From assembly GCA_963665115.1 (NCBI GenBank), contig OY762007.1, forward strand, positions 3,040,001-3,104,000: a DNA stretch of 64,000 nucleotides, given 5' to 3'. The notes beneath the pieces are model-generated. The model made no database searches and had not been told where the DNA came from. It saw only the letters and a program-made list of their open reading frames with translations. Below are positions 1 to 12,104 of the stretch, one piece after another; the stretch's first letter is position 1; every line of letters begins with the position of its first letter. The stretch comes from an uncultured Rivularia sp. (GTDB lineage Bacteria; Cyanobacteriota; Cyanobacteriia; Cyanobacteriales; Nostocaceae). The translations under genes were made by a program, and so were the position numbers.

Positions 1-1570
1 CAAACGATTCAATGCATTTACATAAGCCTGAGCCGATGCAACGATAATGTCTGTATTAGCAGAACGTCCCGAATAAATCTTATCTTCATACTTTAAGCGA
101 ATCGTTACTTCCCCAATCGCATCAATACCAGCAGTTACCGATTGTACGGAAAACTCAATCAAGTTATTCGGTACATTTACTACGCGGTTAATGGCTTTAT
201 ATACAGCATCTACAGGGTCCCGTACCAATCGCTGCGTCGATTAATTCTTCTCCTTCAGGATTGCGTAGAGTTACGGTTGCGGTAGGACTTGCATTGCTAC
301 CACAAGAAACTTGTACCAATTCCAACTTGAACAATTCGGGTGCTTGTTGAATTTCATCATTAACAAGCGCTTCTAAATCCCAATCGGTAATTTCTTTCTT
401 TTTATCAGCAACTTCTTTAAATCTAACAAATGCTTTGTTTAATTCATTTTCTGACAGTTCAAAGCCTAATTCTTTCAAACGACTACGAACGGCATTTCTT
501 CCAGATAGCTTGCCCAAAACAATTTTATTTTCTGTCAAACCAATTGATTCGGCATCCATTATTTCATAAGTAAGCTTGTTTTTTAACACGCCATCTTGAT
601 GAATTCCGGATTCATGAGCAAAAGCATTTATTCCGACAATTGCTTTGTTTGGCTGTACCATCATTCCCGTTAAGTTGGAAACCAAACGAGAAGTTTTATA
701 TATATGTTTGGTGTCAATATTAGTTAATGGTGCTTCCGAATCTACATCTCTTCCTAAGAAAGGATTGAAATATTGTCTGCGAACGTGCAAAGCCATGACT
801 AATTCTTCTAAAGCTGCATTCCCCGCACGTTCTCCAATACCATTGATGGTACATTCTAATTGTCTTGCACCATTTTTTACTGCTTCTAAAAAGTTAGCAA
901 CAGCTAAACCTAAATCATTGTGTCCGTGAACAGAAATAATCGCTTTATCAATGTTTGGAACATTATCTTTAATTCCTTTAATTAAAGCCCCAAATTCACT
1001 CGGAGTTGTATATCCAACGGTATCGGGAATGTTAACTGTTGTTGCTCCAGCTGCGATTGCTCTTTCCAATACTTGGTAAAGATATTCTGGATCGGAACGT
1101 ACTGCATCCATTGGAGAAAACTCTACATCTTCTATAAAAGATTTAGAGTAAGCAACCATTTCTTCTGCTATTGATAGTACTTCTTCTCTAGTTTTCTTTA
1201 ACTGATATTTTAAGTGGATATCAGAAGTTGAAATAAAAGTGTGAATTCTTCCCTTCACAGCAGGTTTTAAAGCTTCGGCTGCCGCTTTGATATCGTTTTT
1301 AATTGCTCTTGCCAAACTACAGATTACCGGGCCATCTTCGGTACCTACAGTTTGAGCGATTTTGCTAACAGCTTCAAAATCTCCAGGACTTGTAACAGCA
1401 AAACCTGCTTCAATTACATCCACACCCAAACGGGCTAGCTGCTTGGCAATAGTTAACTTTTCATCGATATTTAACGCTGCTCCCGGAGATTGTTCTCCGT
1501 CGCGGAGAGTGGTATCAAAAATAATGATTCGTTCTGGATTTGTTTTCATAACCCTGTTTTTGTCGTTCAT
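1..1570 (-). CDS. leuA: 2-isopropylmalate synthase; apparent +1 frameshift at 215-217; C-terminus runs off the window start
   Basis: [16 protein letters not shown] and GIGERAGN motifs. Removing one base from GGG at 215-217 restores [16 protein letters not shown]..., which stays open to position 1. Confidence 0.95.
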
Positions 1571-1644
1571 ATCGAAGGTGCCGGAGCAATACTTTCTAGT
1601 TTAATTTTTTTTACTATTAATTTTCTAAATAATTGTAAAGATTA

Positions 1645-2166
1645 TTAAGCTTCAGTTTTTTCTATACTGTTTCTAATTTCATTTAAATCAATATATCTAT
1701 CGGTGACATTACGTAATTCTCGTGCTATCATTCCCTCTGTAGACACGACAGTTATATGAGTGTTTTTCGAGCGTAATAATTCAATTGCTCTTTCAAAATC
1801 TCCATCTCCACTAAATAAAATTACTTTGTCATATTGGTCTACTGTATTAAACATATCTACGACAATTTCAATATCTAAATTGGCTTTTTGAGAGTAACGT
1901 CCGGAGGAATCGTCATAATATTCTTTAAGTATTTTAGTTCGTACCGTATATCCTAAACTAATTAGAGCATCCCTAAAACCTCGTTGATCCTGTGGGTCTT
2001 TTAAGCCTGTATACCAAAACGCATTAATTAAATCTGTATGTATATGTTCGTATTTGAAGTATTCTAATACTCGTCGCGGATCGAAAAACCAACCGTTCTT
2101 TTGTTGAGCATAGAACATATTATTTCCGTCTACAAAAATAGACAGACGAGTCATACGAGATTCCAT
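1645..2166 (-). CDS. NYN-domain (LabA/DUF88 family) protein
   Basis: IFVDGNN, K..DIEIVVDM and LFSGDGDF motifs of the PIN-like NYN fold. Confidence 0.9.
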   Translation of the reverse strand: MESRMTRLSIFVDGNNMFYAQQKNGWFFDPRRVLEYFKYEHIHTDLINAFWYTGLKDPQDQRGFRDALISLGYTVRTKILKEYYDDSSGRYSQKANLDIEIVVDMFNTVDQYDKVILFSGDGDFERAIELLRSKNTHITVVSTEGMIARELRNVTDRYIDLNEIRNSIEKTEA

Positions 2167-3228
2167 AGGAAATTACACCATTAAATATAAACGAATCCAG
2201 ATTGAACAATAGATTATAGCAATAATAAAATGACAAATTCGCCCTTTTTTATAAATTATATTGTCATGTATAGCTTTTATCTATCATTTCTCAATTTAGG
2301 AGATTGACTAAAACATAAAATTGTGGTTAAAACACAATTTGAGTGTTTTTCACCTTTAATATGCTATAAGCACCCTGTAATCAAAATCTACCAATAAAGT
2401 TGACTAAGTAACAGAATTTTTAACTGTATATTAGTTAAGTTTACTCCTAAAGGTGGTAAGTAACTCTCAAGCGCCTAGTTTGACGCGCTTAGTTTCCTAC
2501 GCTCTTCAGGGAATAATCGTGGTTTTCATGAGTTTGAATAAACACCACTATGGTGCTACTACGATCAAAAATTAAAAATAATTGTTTTTTACTTTGTGCC
2601 AAGAACTCCGAGAAGGCGCTATAACGGCTTCGGAGTATCTAGAAGGCAATTTAATGGTAGAAAATTTTAACGATAACTTACAAATAATAGAGTACCCACT
2701 TTCAGACAATAAATCATCTTGCCAGCAAAGCGTCGTAATGAGTTTGAGCCAAAACTCACTCCGTAACGCAAAGCTCAACTCGATATTGTATTGTTAAGCC
2801 ATTGCAGCATTTCTAGGCGAGTTCTATAAAATATTTTTGCCGTATTTAAACTTACTTGTAAAAATAATTCAACATCAAAGCATAAACCCGCAGATTTACT
2901 TTCGCTATATATAATTTGAATATAAAACATACATATTCTTACTTAAAACGCATACGGCTATAATCGCTAATTTGCCCGCATATTTTGCATAAATAGAATT
3001 TAAGGAAACGCCTTTCGACCATAGCTTAAGCGGTATTGATTCTGGAACCGAAAAATTTACTCTTATTAAGGCGACAAAAAACAACATCAGATGATAGTTT
3101 ATAGAAGTATAATATTTTCATATTTATATAGTTTCGTTTAAGTGTTATCAATTGGGTGGCTTGCACAAATAAATGTGTAAACTAAGACGACATTGCATTA
3201 TTGTACGTAAATCAATTCTAAATACAAT

Positions 3229-5571
3229 ATGGCAGAAGATCCTACATATAACATAACTAAAAAATATGTGTCTGCTGCTAAGAAACTGCTGAACCTTCCC
3301 AAGCAAGGTACTTCCACGGTGTCGGCACAGTCATTTAAGATGATGGCTCGTTTGGGTCATATTCTTAGTGGTGCTTCGGTTTTGGGGGCTGTATTACTGG
3401 CAGGTTCTAGTTCTAATTTAACGGCTTGGATAGAAAATCAAGCAGAAAGCGTTTTTTATGTACTGCGAGGAAAGGTAACTCCTCCAAAAGATATTGTCGT
3501 TTTGGCAATAGATAATGAATCAATATCGCGCCCCAAGGAATCTTATGAAATAAATCCAATTGAGTACGCTTATTTAGAACCGCTCAAGTCTTATCCCTTT
3601 CAACGCAAAGTATACGGTGAAGCTATTAAGAAATTAATCCAAGCTGGAGCGCGTCATGTTGCCATAGATATACTTTTCGATTACCCAAGCAGGTACGGGA
3701 AAGACGACGATAAACAGTTTACTGAGGTGTTAGAACGTTATGGAGACAAAGTAACCTTAGCCGCACTTTACGAAAAATCTGAGTCATACCAAGGAATTTC
3801 CTGGCAATTAGTCCTACCACATCAGCAATTTCGCACGGGTTCAGTATCTGTAGGTTCCGCAAATTTTCCCCTTGAAATAGATGGCAAAGTTCATCGGTTA
3901 GCAAGCGTATTTCCCGAGCTATTAGCGGAGCAGGATGACATAGTTCCTAGCGTCATACCCTCATTTGACCAATCCGTACTTTTGGCCGCCGGTATCAAAT
4001 ATCCTCAGCCAAAAGGCGATCGCATTCATTTTTATGGAGGGGCACAGACATTCGAGACTCGCTCTTTTTGGAATTTATTCGATCCAGAATTTTGGGATAC
4101 AAATTTAGGTTCTGGAAAGTTTTTTAAAGATAAAATCGTCATCATTGGCTCTACGGCTAGGACGCACAAAGGAGAAAATTACCGCTCTGTCGCCGTATCT
4201 TCTGAATGGCTATATCCAGAAAAAATGTATGGAGTCGAAATTCACGCCCACGCGATCGCAACTTTGATGCAAGGGAAAACAATCGTTTCTCCACTTTCTT
4301 CTTCATTACACCGGAGTTTCTTTATACTCGTTTTAGTTGGTGGATCTACGTTGATAATTGCTAGAGTCAGACAAGGCACAACTAGACTTGCGGCGAGTCT
4401 TGTGCTGGCGACGATTTGGGGAGTAATTAGTTACAGTTTATTCGTCTACGCTCAGTTAATTCTTCCCACGAGCCTACCAATAATTACAATATGTACGGTT
4501 GGACTTTGCTATTTTGGAACCGAAGTGGCTCGGGAAAAGTTAAGAAAAACTCAGCTAGTTGATATTTTACAAAAGCACGCTTCTAATCGCGTCGTACAGG
4601 AGATAATATCTCAGCAAGAAGATTTAAAAGATTTATTAGGACAGCGCTTAAAAGAAATATCGGGTAAAGTACTAGACGGTAGATATAAAATAGTCGAAGT
4701 TTTAGGTTCGGGCGGATTTAGCGAAACTTATATCGCTGAAGATACCAGACTTCCAGGCAATCCTCGATGTGTTGTCAAACAGCTAAAGCCAGTCAATAAC
4801 AGATCGGAACAATTACAAGTAGCCAGACGCTTGTTTAAATCAGAAGCGCAAACCTTACAAGTATTAGGAAACTACAATCAAATACCCCAACTTCTAGCTT
4901 ATTTTGAAGAAGAAGAAGAATTTTATTTAGTTCAAGAACATATTATCGGTGGTCCCTTAAATCGAGAAATACTTTTAGGTAAACGTCTTCCAGAACCAGC
5001 AGTAATTGAAATACTTAAGGATATACTGCAAACATTAGTGTTTGTGCATAACAAAGGTGTAATTCACCGCGATATTAAGCCCAGTAACATTATACGACGC
5101 AGATCGGATGAAAAGTTAGTGCTGATTGACTTTGGTGCTGTAAAACAAGTATCGACTCAAGTACTCAATTCTCAAGAACAAACAGCCTTTACAATTGGTA
5201 TTGGTACCAAGGGTTATGCGCCACGAGAGCAATGTTTGGGCTATCCGCAATACAGTAGCGATATTTATGCTGTAGGGATGATCGGTATCTTTGCCTTAAC
5301 TGGTATACCCCCTCATGAGTTGCCAATAGATGAAAACCAAGAAGTCGAATGGGTTGACAAAGCAACTATCAGTATTGCCTTTGCTCAAATTCTCAGCAAA
5401 ATGATACTTGACGACCATCATTCCAGGTATCAGTCAGCTATAGAAGTACTTCAAGCGCTTAATAATTTGACAGGTTCTACTTCTTCCAATTTATTCACAG
5501 ATAACTCATCAATAGATACTGTATCTCTGAAGGATTCAGATGCTCCTACAGAACCTTGGAATAATAATTAA
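3229..5571 (+). CDS. CHASE2-sensor Ser/Thr protein kinase
   Basis: CHASE2 motifs (IVVLAID, AIDILF, KIVIIG, GVEIHA), three TM helices, then kinase motifs GSGGFS, HRDIKPSN, DFG. Confidence 0.92.
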   Translation: MAEDPTYNITKKYVSAAKKLLNLPKQGTSTVSAQSFKMMARLGHILSGASVLGAVLLAGSSSNLTAWIENQAESVFYVLRGKVTPPKDIVVLAIDNESISRPKESYEINPIEYAYLEPLKSYPFQRKVYGEAIKKLIQAGARHVAIDILFDYPSRYGKDDDKQFTEVLERYGDKVTLAALYEKSESYQGISWQLVLPHQQFRTGSVSVGSANFPLEIDGKVHRLASVFPELLAEQDDIVPSVIPSFDQSVLLAAGIKYPQPKGDRIHFYGGAQTFETRSFWNLFDPEFWDTNLGSGKFFKDKIVIIGSTARTHKGENYRSVAVSSEWLYPEKMYGVEIHAHAIATLMQGKTIVSPLSSSLHRSFFILVLVGGSTLIIARVRQGTTRLAASLVLATIWGVISYSLFVYAQLILPTSLPIITICTVGLCYFGTEVAREKLRKTQLVDILQKHASNRVVQEIISQQEDLKDLLGQRLKEISGKVLDGRYKIVEVLGSGGFSETYIAEDTRLPGNPRCVVKQLKPVNNRSEQLQVARRLFKSEAQTLQVLGNYNQIPQLLAYFEEEEEFYLVQEHIIGGPLNREILLGKRLPEPAVIEILKDILQTLVFVHNKGVIHRDIKPSNIIRRRSDEKLVLIDFGAVKQVSTQVLNSQEQTAFTIGIGTKGYAPREQCLGYPQYSSDIYAVGMIGIFALTGIPPHELPIDENQEVEWVDKATISIAFAQILSKMILDDHHSRYQSAIEVLQALNNLTGSTSSNLFTDNSSIDTVSLKDSDAPTEPWNNN

Positions 5572-5587
5572 GCGCAATTAAAAGTAT

Positions 5588-7648
5588 CTAAGTAGATATC
5601 GGAGGTTTCTCCGGTGGATTTGTTGGTGTTGGTGGTTCTGGCGCTGGTGTTGTTGGTGTTGGTGGTTCTGGCGCTGGTGTTGTTGGTGTTGGTGGTTCTG
5701 GCGCTGGTGTTGTTGGTGTTGGTGGTTCTGGTGCTGGTGTTGTTGGTGTTGGTGGTTCTGGCGCAGGTGTTGTTGGTGTTGGTGGTTCTGGCGCTGGTGT
5801 TGTTGGTGTTGGTGGTTCTGGCGTTGGTGTTGTTGGTGTTGGTGGTTCTGGCGCTGGTGTTGTTGGTGTTGGTGGTTCTGGCGCTGGTGTTGTTGGGGTA
5901 CCGCCACCTGTTGTTGGTGGTTCTGGTGTTGGCGCTGGTGTTGTCGGAGTTGTTGGTGGTTCTGGTGTTGGCGCTGGTGTTGTCGGAGTTGTTGGTGGTT
6001 CTGGTGTTGGCGCTGGTGTTGTTGGCGTTGTTGGCGTTGGTGGTGTTGTAGGAGTGGTTGGAGTTGTTGGAGTACCACCACCCGTTTTTGGTGGTTCTGG
6101 CGTTGGTGTTTGTGGTGTTGTTGGAGTTGTTGGGGTACCGCCACCTGTTGTTGGTAGTTCTGGCGTTGGTGTTTGTGGTGTTGTCGGAGTTGTTGGAGTA
6201 CCACCACCCGTTTTTGGTGGTTCTGGCGTTGGTGTTTGTGGTGTTGTTGGAGTTGTTGGAGTACCGCCACCTGTTTTTGGTGGTTCTGGCGTTGGTGTTT
6301 GTGGTGTTGTCGGAGTTGTTGGAGTACCGCCACCTGTTGTTGGTGGTTCTGGTGTTGGTGTTTGTGGTGTTGTTGGAGTTGTTGGAGTACCGCCACCTGT
6401 TGTTGGTGGTGTTGGTGTTTGTGGTGTTGTTGGTGTTGTTGGGGTACCGCCACTTGTCGGTGGTTCTGGCGCTGGTGTTGTTGGTTTTGTTGGTGTTGTT
6501 GGGGTACCGCCACTTGTTGGTGGTTCTGGCGCTGGTGTTGTTGGTTTTGTTGGTGTTGTTGGGGTACCGCCACTTGTTGGTGGTTCTGGCGCTGGTGTTT
6601 GTGGTGTTGTCGGAGTTGTTGGAGTACCACCACCTGTTGTTGGTGTTGTTGGTGGAGTTGTTGGAGTTGCTGGTACTGTTGGAGTTGTTGGGGTACCGCC
6701 ACCTGTTGTTGGTGGTTTTGTGGGAGTTGCTGGAGTTATGGGAGTCTGCGGCGTTACTGTATTATCGTTATCAGAAGCTGATTTATCTTCGTCTTTGTCT
6801 GGAGTATTTCTAATAATTTGCTCAGTATCTAAAGGATTTACAGGTAAATTCTTTTGACCAACTTCTTCACCCGGTATATCTGAAGAAACAGGACTCAATT
6901 CTATAAAAGATGGATTTTCAACTACTTGATCGCCAACAATCGGCACCTGTTTTGTTAAAGCTTCGGAGGTTTCTGCTTGAACGCTAGCCATAGCGGGATC
7001 TGAAGAAGCTGAATCGCTAGGTGTAATTAGATCGAGTCCTCGCACTAAATCGCTTGTGTCGTAAAAAGTTCTTAAATCAAAATTATATAGTCCCTCAATT
7101 CTTCCTTTAACTACTACTATAAATTGTCCCGCTTTAAGTACTTGAGAGCGAGATTCATCTTTATTAAAAACTTCTATACCGCTATTAGTCAGCGAACCTA
7201 CAACCGTAGTATCTGTTTGCTCGTCATAGCGTACAAATAATGCCGAACCACGAATCGTTGCAGCAGCACTACGAGTTCTTACTCTTGTTCGTCCCTGCCC
7301 TGGTGGTATAAGCAGCAGTACAGTTCCGTTCGATAGTCTGAATGTTCGAGTTCTAGGCAAAAATCTAAATACTGCTCGCTCGCCAATCCGCGCTAAAGAA
7401 CCATCATTGAAACGCAAGTCAGCCAAAGAAGCTCTACCTGTTGCCAACCCATCCCCAGGATTCATCAGATCGCTTCTTCTAGCTCGACGCTTTGGTCGAT
7501 TCTGAGGCATGAGTTGTACCCAGTTATGCAACTTCTTAACTACAGCCCTAGTCAAAGGAGTTGATGCATTTGCCGCACCACGCGGTAGCGGTATCAATAC
7601 AACTCCCCATAGACTGGCGATCGCCAAAGGAACTAACTTGCGAAACAT
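5588..7648 (-). CDS. Exported FecR-domain protein with a long Pro/Thr-rich repeat tail
   Basis: Signal peptide; FecR-like LATG...LRFNDGSLARIG...AATIRGS; C-terminal half is P/T repeats. Confidence 0.85.
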   Translation of the reverse strand: MFRKLVPLAIASLWGVVLIPLPRGAANASTPLTRAVVKKLHNWVQLMPQNRPKRRARRSDLMNPGDGLATGRASLADLRFNDGSLARIGERAVFRFLPRTRTFRLSNGTVLLLIPPGQGRTRVRTRSAAATIRGSALFVRYDEQTDTTVVGSLTNSGIEVFNKDESRSQVLKAGQFIVVVKGRIEGLYNFDLRTFYDTSDLVRGLDLITPSDSASSDPAMASVQAETSEALTKQVPIVGDQVVENPSFIELSPVSSDIPGEEVGQKNLPVNPLDTEQIIRNTPDKDEDKSASDNDNTVTPQTPITPATPTKPPTTGGGTPTTPTVPATPTTPPTTPTTGGGTPTTPTTPQTPAPEPPTSGGTPTTPTKPTTPAPEPPTSGGTPTTPTKPTTPAPEPPTSGGTPTTPTTPQTPTPPTTGGGTPTTPTTPQTPTPEPPTTGGGTPTTPTTPQTPTPEPPKTGGGTPTTPTTPQTPTPEPPKTGGGTPTTPTTPQTPTPELPTTGGGTPTTPTTPQTPTPEPPKTGGGTPTTPTTPTTPPTPTTPTTPAPTPEPPTTPTTPAPTPEPPTTPTTPAPTPEPPTTGGGTPTTPAPEPPTPTTPAPEPPTPTTPTPEPPTPTTPAPEPPTPTTPAPEPPTPTTPAPEPPTPTTPAPEPPTPTTPAPEPPTPTTPAPEPPTPTNPPEKPPIST
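5620..6740 (-). repeat. Coding tandem repeats: ~9 x 30 bp (PTTPAPEPPT) and ~8-9 x ~60-63 bp (TGGGTPTTPTTPQTPTPEPPT-like)
   Basis: Visible directly as (ggt/gtt)-rich periodic sequence. Confidence 0.95.
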
Positions 7649-8005
7649 AATTGTGTGCCTTGCATAATTTTACAATTACCACACCGGCCAACACGGGCAG
7701 CGGAGTAAAAAATTCGAGCCTGTAAACTGTTATAGCAGTTATTTTAAGTAATTCTGCTTAAATTGGTTTAAAAATTAAATATAAAATAAGCGAATTTACC
7801 ATATATTATTAACTTTAAATTTCGGACGGCAATACTAAAGAAAATCTTATTATTAATCAAGCTAATTATTAAAAAAAATTATCTTAATAATTTCGTTATT
7901 ATCTCAATAAATAAAAGATGTTAATTTAGTGCGAAATTTAGGATTGTAGGCTGAGTAGTTGTAATTTTCATTCTTGAGTTTAATCAAATTAAAACAAGTT
8001 GTAAT

Positions 8006-9647
8006 ATGAAATCGAAAGATTGGAAAAAATTGTGTTTATATGCAATATTCGCGTCTAGCAGTACAACATTGTGCTTTACAAACGTAGAAGTGGTAAAAGC
8101 TACCAATTCAAGCAGACAAACGAAGCAACGAGAATTTGTATCAAAGATATCATTGTCGGAAAAATCGGGATTCATTTCTAAATCATTTGATAAATTTTCC
8201 TCAAATGGCAATCGCCTCAAAGCACAGGGTAAGAAGAAAATAAAACAAAATAACAATACTTCGGTGATTTTGCGGTCTAGAATTCGTCACGCGAATACTT
8301 CCGATAGTAAAGTGCAAGCATCGGTGAGAAAGCAAAAATTTAGCAAAAGCATTTCGCTGCCTATTATTCCAGAAACCGCTAAAAGATACAGTCGTTTCAC
8401 AATCGGTGCAGAATAAGATTATTTCGGTACCCGTAGAAGATGGGATTGTTTTGCCATCGATAAAGGATACAAGCGCTACAGATAAAAATATTATATCTCC
8501 AGATAAAAATATTATACCCCCGGAATTTTCGGACTTCTCAACTCCAAATAAGGAATTACCTCCGATATCGGTAAAAATAGTACAAAATTCGGAGCCACCA
8601 CCAGCCCCCACTCCAGAAAATGTCGAAAAAGATCCTCCACCTTTAGAAAGTCAACCTACAGATTTTCCTGCAACTTCTCCAGAAGAAGTCGAACAAAAGT
8701 TAGATACTCTTGAAGACGAACGTTCTATAAGATTAAGAAAGTTATTGCAGCTAATTGAAGAAAATCAAGAAAAACAAAAAGAAAAAGAAGAACAGCTTCA
8801 GCAGACTTTCAACAATGAATTAGGAACTATTAGAGCGATAAAAGTTCCAGAACCACCGCAGCCTTTAGATCCTAAACAACCACCACCAGAAAAACCCGAA
8901 GAAAAATTTAAACCTGTAGGTTATTTGTTAGGTCGTGTAGGATACTTTCATACAAGCAATATCTTTTCTTCTAGAAACAACCCAGTTGATGATGGTTTAA
9001 TATTTTCTGGACTTACACTTGCAGCAGCACCTTTCAGAATCGCACCTAAAACCTTCTTAAACGGATCGATTGACGGCAATATAATTCGATACAGCGACCA
9101 ATCCGAATTTGACTATAACCAGATAAGATTTAATTTAGGTATTTACCAACAGTTGACTAGTAAAATGTACGGTGAAATTGGATGGAATAATCAGCAATTA
9201 TTTTATTCTAAAGATAGTAAACGCTTCAATTTTGCATCGGGAGACAAATTTTTAAACGAAAACTCTTTTCGCTTATCCGTAGGCAGAAGAGATCCTTTAG
9301 CGCCGAAATTAAATTTGGATAGCTTTTATGAAATTCGTTTAAGTTTGACAAACCCACCAGAAAAACGGAACCGAGTTATCAACTATATCTGGCTATCTTT
9401 AAATTATCGTTTACAACAGTCATTAAGAGTCGGAGTTGACTATCAATTTAGCTTATCCAACTTTTTAGAAAGAACTAGAGAAGATCAGTACCATAGAATA
9501 TCCGCTAACTTAAAATACGGTATATCCGACCTCAGCAGCATAAACTTACAAAGCGGCTTTGCTCTAGGTGGTTCCACAGATCGTAATATTGATTTTGACG
9601 GCTGGTTTTTTAGCGTAAATTACAGTTGGGATATAGGGCAGTTTTAG
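8006..9647 (+). CDS. Secreted protein with a Pro-rich linker and C-terminal outer-membrane beta-barrel; one gene split by an apparent +1 frameshift near 8373-8375
   Basis: ORF 8006-8416 has a signal peptide. Removing one A from GAAACC joins it to the 8406-9647 frame (PEPLKDTVVSQ). The C-terminus has alternating beta-strands and ends in Phe (YSWDIGQF). Confidence 0.7.
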
Positions 9648-9712
9648 AATAGGGTAAAGGTATTAATAATTAACCACTAACTTTTGACAATGCCCTTCGG
9701 TCCCATGCCCAA

Positions 9713-10543
9713 TTACATATAACTAATCCAATCGCTCCAACTACCGGGATAAAGTTTACCTTTGTGAATACCTGCTAATTCTAAAGAAAGTAAATTAACG
9801 CAAGCTGTAACACCAGAACCGCAATAAACGATGATTTCTCGATCGTTTTCTAATTGTAACCAGCGGTTAATTTGCTGTTGTTGTGGAAGTAAATAACCAT
9901 GCGAATCTGTTACTTCTTTCCAAGGATAATTAATAGCACCTGGAATATGACCGGCTATTTTATCTATTGGTTCTCTAATACCTTGGTAACGATCGTTTTC
10001 TCTTGAATCTATCAAAGCTGTTTGTGATGAATCTTTGCAATTTTTTACCGTTTCCCTGTTTACTATCATCTGTGTTTGTAAGCGAGGTATAAACTTACCG
10101 TTACGCGAAGCGGGAAGAACATCTGTAACCGGATACTCTGATGCAAGCCATCCATTAAAACCTCCATCTAAAACCGCTACTTGTTCGTGCCCTAAATAGC
10201 GTAGCAACCACCACAAACGAGATGCAAAAGCTAATCGCGAATCATCATAAGCTACAACCAAGGTTTGACCGGAATTTACTCCCATTGCTGATAGTTTATC
10301 GGCAAATTCTTCAATATTTGGTAAAGGATGTCTTCCTCCATATTTTTGCACTATCGATGAAAGGTCTTGATTCAAATCTAAGTAATATGACCCTGGGATA
10401 TGACTGGTTTGATACTGCTGTTTTCCCTCTTGCGGATTAGCCAGAGAAAAACGACAATCAAATATGGCAATATCGGGATGATTCAGATTTTCAAAAAGCC
10501 AATTATTAGAAACAGTTAAAGAAGTGTCTTTCATCATTATCAA
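9713..10543 (-). CDS. Sulfurtransferase (tandem rhodanese, SseA family)
   Basis: HIPGS, GRHPLP, GHIPGA, YCGSGVTA and YPGSWSDW motifs. Confidence 0.92.
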   Translation of the reverse strand: MIMMKDTSLTVSNNWLFENLNHPDIAIFDCRFSLANPQEGKQQYQTSHIPGSYYLDLNQDLSSIVQKYGGRHPLPNIEEFADKLSAMGVNSGQTLVVAYDDSRLAFASRLWWLLRYLGHEQVAVLDGGFNGWLASEYPVTDVLPASRNGKFIPRLQTQMIVNRETVKNCKDSSQTALIDSRENDRYQGIREPIDKIAGHIPGAINYPWKEVTDSHGYLLPQQQQINRWLQLENDREIIVYCGSGVTACVNLLSLELAGIHKGKLYPGSWSDWISYM

Positions 10544-10678
10544 TTATCGGCTGACGAGTTTATTTTAAATTATGGTTCTTTCGTTTCTAATATGCGGCAT
10601 TAAATAGTCGAAAAGAGGGAATTGGGAATTGGGAATAGGAAATAGGGAAAATGCCTGAACAATGTTATCCAAAATCGA

Positions 10679-11548
10679 ATGACTAATCAAGATTTTACAC
10701 CCCGCGAGACAGCAGATGGTTCAAAAACTTTCTTTTCTGAAGAATTTAACGAATCATTTCATAGTCATTTTGGAGCCAAACAAGAAAGTTATTTCAAGTA
10801 TGTTGTTCCTACTTTATTAATAGAAAAAGCTTCCAGTAAAGTTTTGCGATTATTGGATATTTGTTATGGACTAGGATACAACACGGCAACAGCTATTGAA
10901 AAAATTTGGGAAATCAATCCGGAGTGCTATATAGAAGTAATTGCTCTGGAATTAAATCCAAAAGTACCTCAAGCTGCGATTGAACATCAATTATTTGAAA
11001 ATTGGAACGCTAATTTAATAGACAGTTTAACGAAGTTGGCTTTTGAGGATCGGGTGCAAACACAATCTCTGAAAGCCACACTGGCAATTGGCGATGCTAG
11101 GAATACAATCAACCAAGTTTATCAATCTGGTTTCAAAGCTGATGCAATTTTTCTTGACCCTTTTTCACCGCCCCAGTGTCCTCACTTATGGACAATTGAA
11201 TTTTTACAGCTAGTTTCTCAGTGTTTGCGGGTAGATGGTTTGCTAGCTACTTACTCCTGTGCTGCTGCTGTACGCACGGCGCTTTTAAACGCCCGATTAA
11301 ATATCGGTTCAACTTCTCCTGTCGGTAGAAAAGCTCCCGGTACCGTCGCCGGGTTTAATGCCTTATGTGTCCCCCCTCTCTCGCAATCGGAAAAAGAACA
11401 TTTACAAACTCGCGCTGCTGTTCCCTACCGAGATGCAAAACTAATGGACTCCCCCGAAGCGATTATCAAACGGCGCGAACTCGAACAACAAGGTTCTGAC
11501 TTAGAACCTACATCACGTTGGCGCAAACGCTGGTCTCTAGTAAATTAG
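10679..11548 (+). CDS. MnmC-type (MnmD-like) SAM-dependent methyltransferase
   Basis: TADGS.T, FHS..GA..E, LDICYGLGYN, FLDPFSP..CP.LW and LATYS motifs. Confidence 0.85.
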   Translation: MTNQDFTPRETADGSKTFFSEEFNESFHSHFGAKQESYFKYVVPTLLIEKASSKVLRLLDICYGLGYNTATAIEKIWEINPECYIEVIALELNPKVPQAAIEHQLFENWNANLIDSLTKLAFEDRVQTQSLKATLAIGDARNTINQVYQSGFKADAIFLDPFSPPQCPHLWTIEFLQLVSQCLRVDGLLATYSCAAAVRTALLNARLNIGSTSPVGRKAPGTVAGFNALCVPPLSQSEKEHLQTRAAVPYRDAKLMDSPEAIIKRRELEQQGSDLEPTSRWRKRWSLVN

Positions 11549-12104
11549 TCAACAACGCTTGCGGTAACTGCTGGTATCATATCTGTTGGCATATAACCGC
11601 AACTTCTCCCATTACTTAGTATAAATGTATAGTTATAATTAATACTCTATCTACTAAGTACACGTTCTATTAAATGTTAAATTAATCTAAAATTTATTAC
11701 TTAGTATTTAAATGAGTCTTACTGCCATAGCGTGCCGCACCCAAGTAAATAAATATCTAACAAAGAGGGCAAAAATGCTATAAATGGTTTACTCAATGTG
11801 ATTTTTCATAGTTAAAATGCTGAATTTTCCTGATATAAATACCGTTATTTAAAGATTATGTAAACATCGTTATAAATCTAAATATCCGTGTAAAACCTGA
11901 TTGAACGTCGGCTTCAATTGACCATACTGTAATTATAGAACTAGGACAAATTGTCAGTAATCGTTTTTGTGCATTTTTTAAAAAACATTAAAACAATTAG
12001 TATTGTATTTTGAGGCAAAATACTTGGTCGCAAATAATTAAAAACCCATAAAAAACCTTTTTAAAATACATTCAAGTACTAAACTAGTTTTTAAGTATAT
12101 TACA

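Noticed and set aside
2170..3228. Short ORFs or an ncRNA in the 1-kb intergenic region
   Set aside because: No recognisable motifs, RBS or convincing structure.
5578..6857. Long Q/H-rich, V/L-rich, G/V-rich and W/C-rich ORFs
   Set aside because: They are alternative-frame shadows of the Pro/Thr repeat in the FecR gene.
9713..11548. Functional link of the sulfurtransferase and MnmC-like genes to the tRNA-like array
   Set aside because: They are more than 10 kb away and separated by unrelated housekeeping genes; there is no evidence of linkage.
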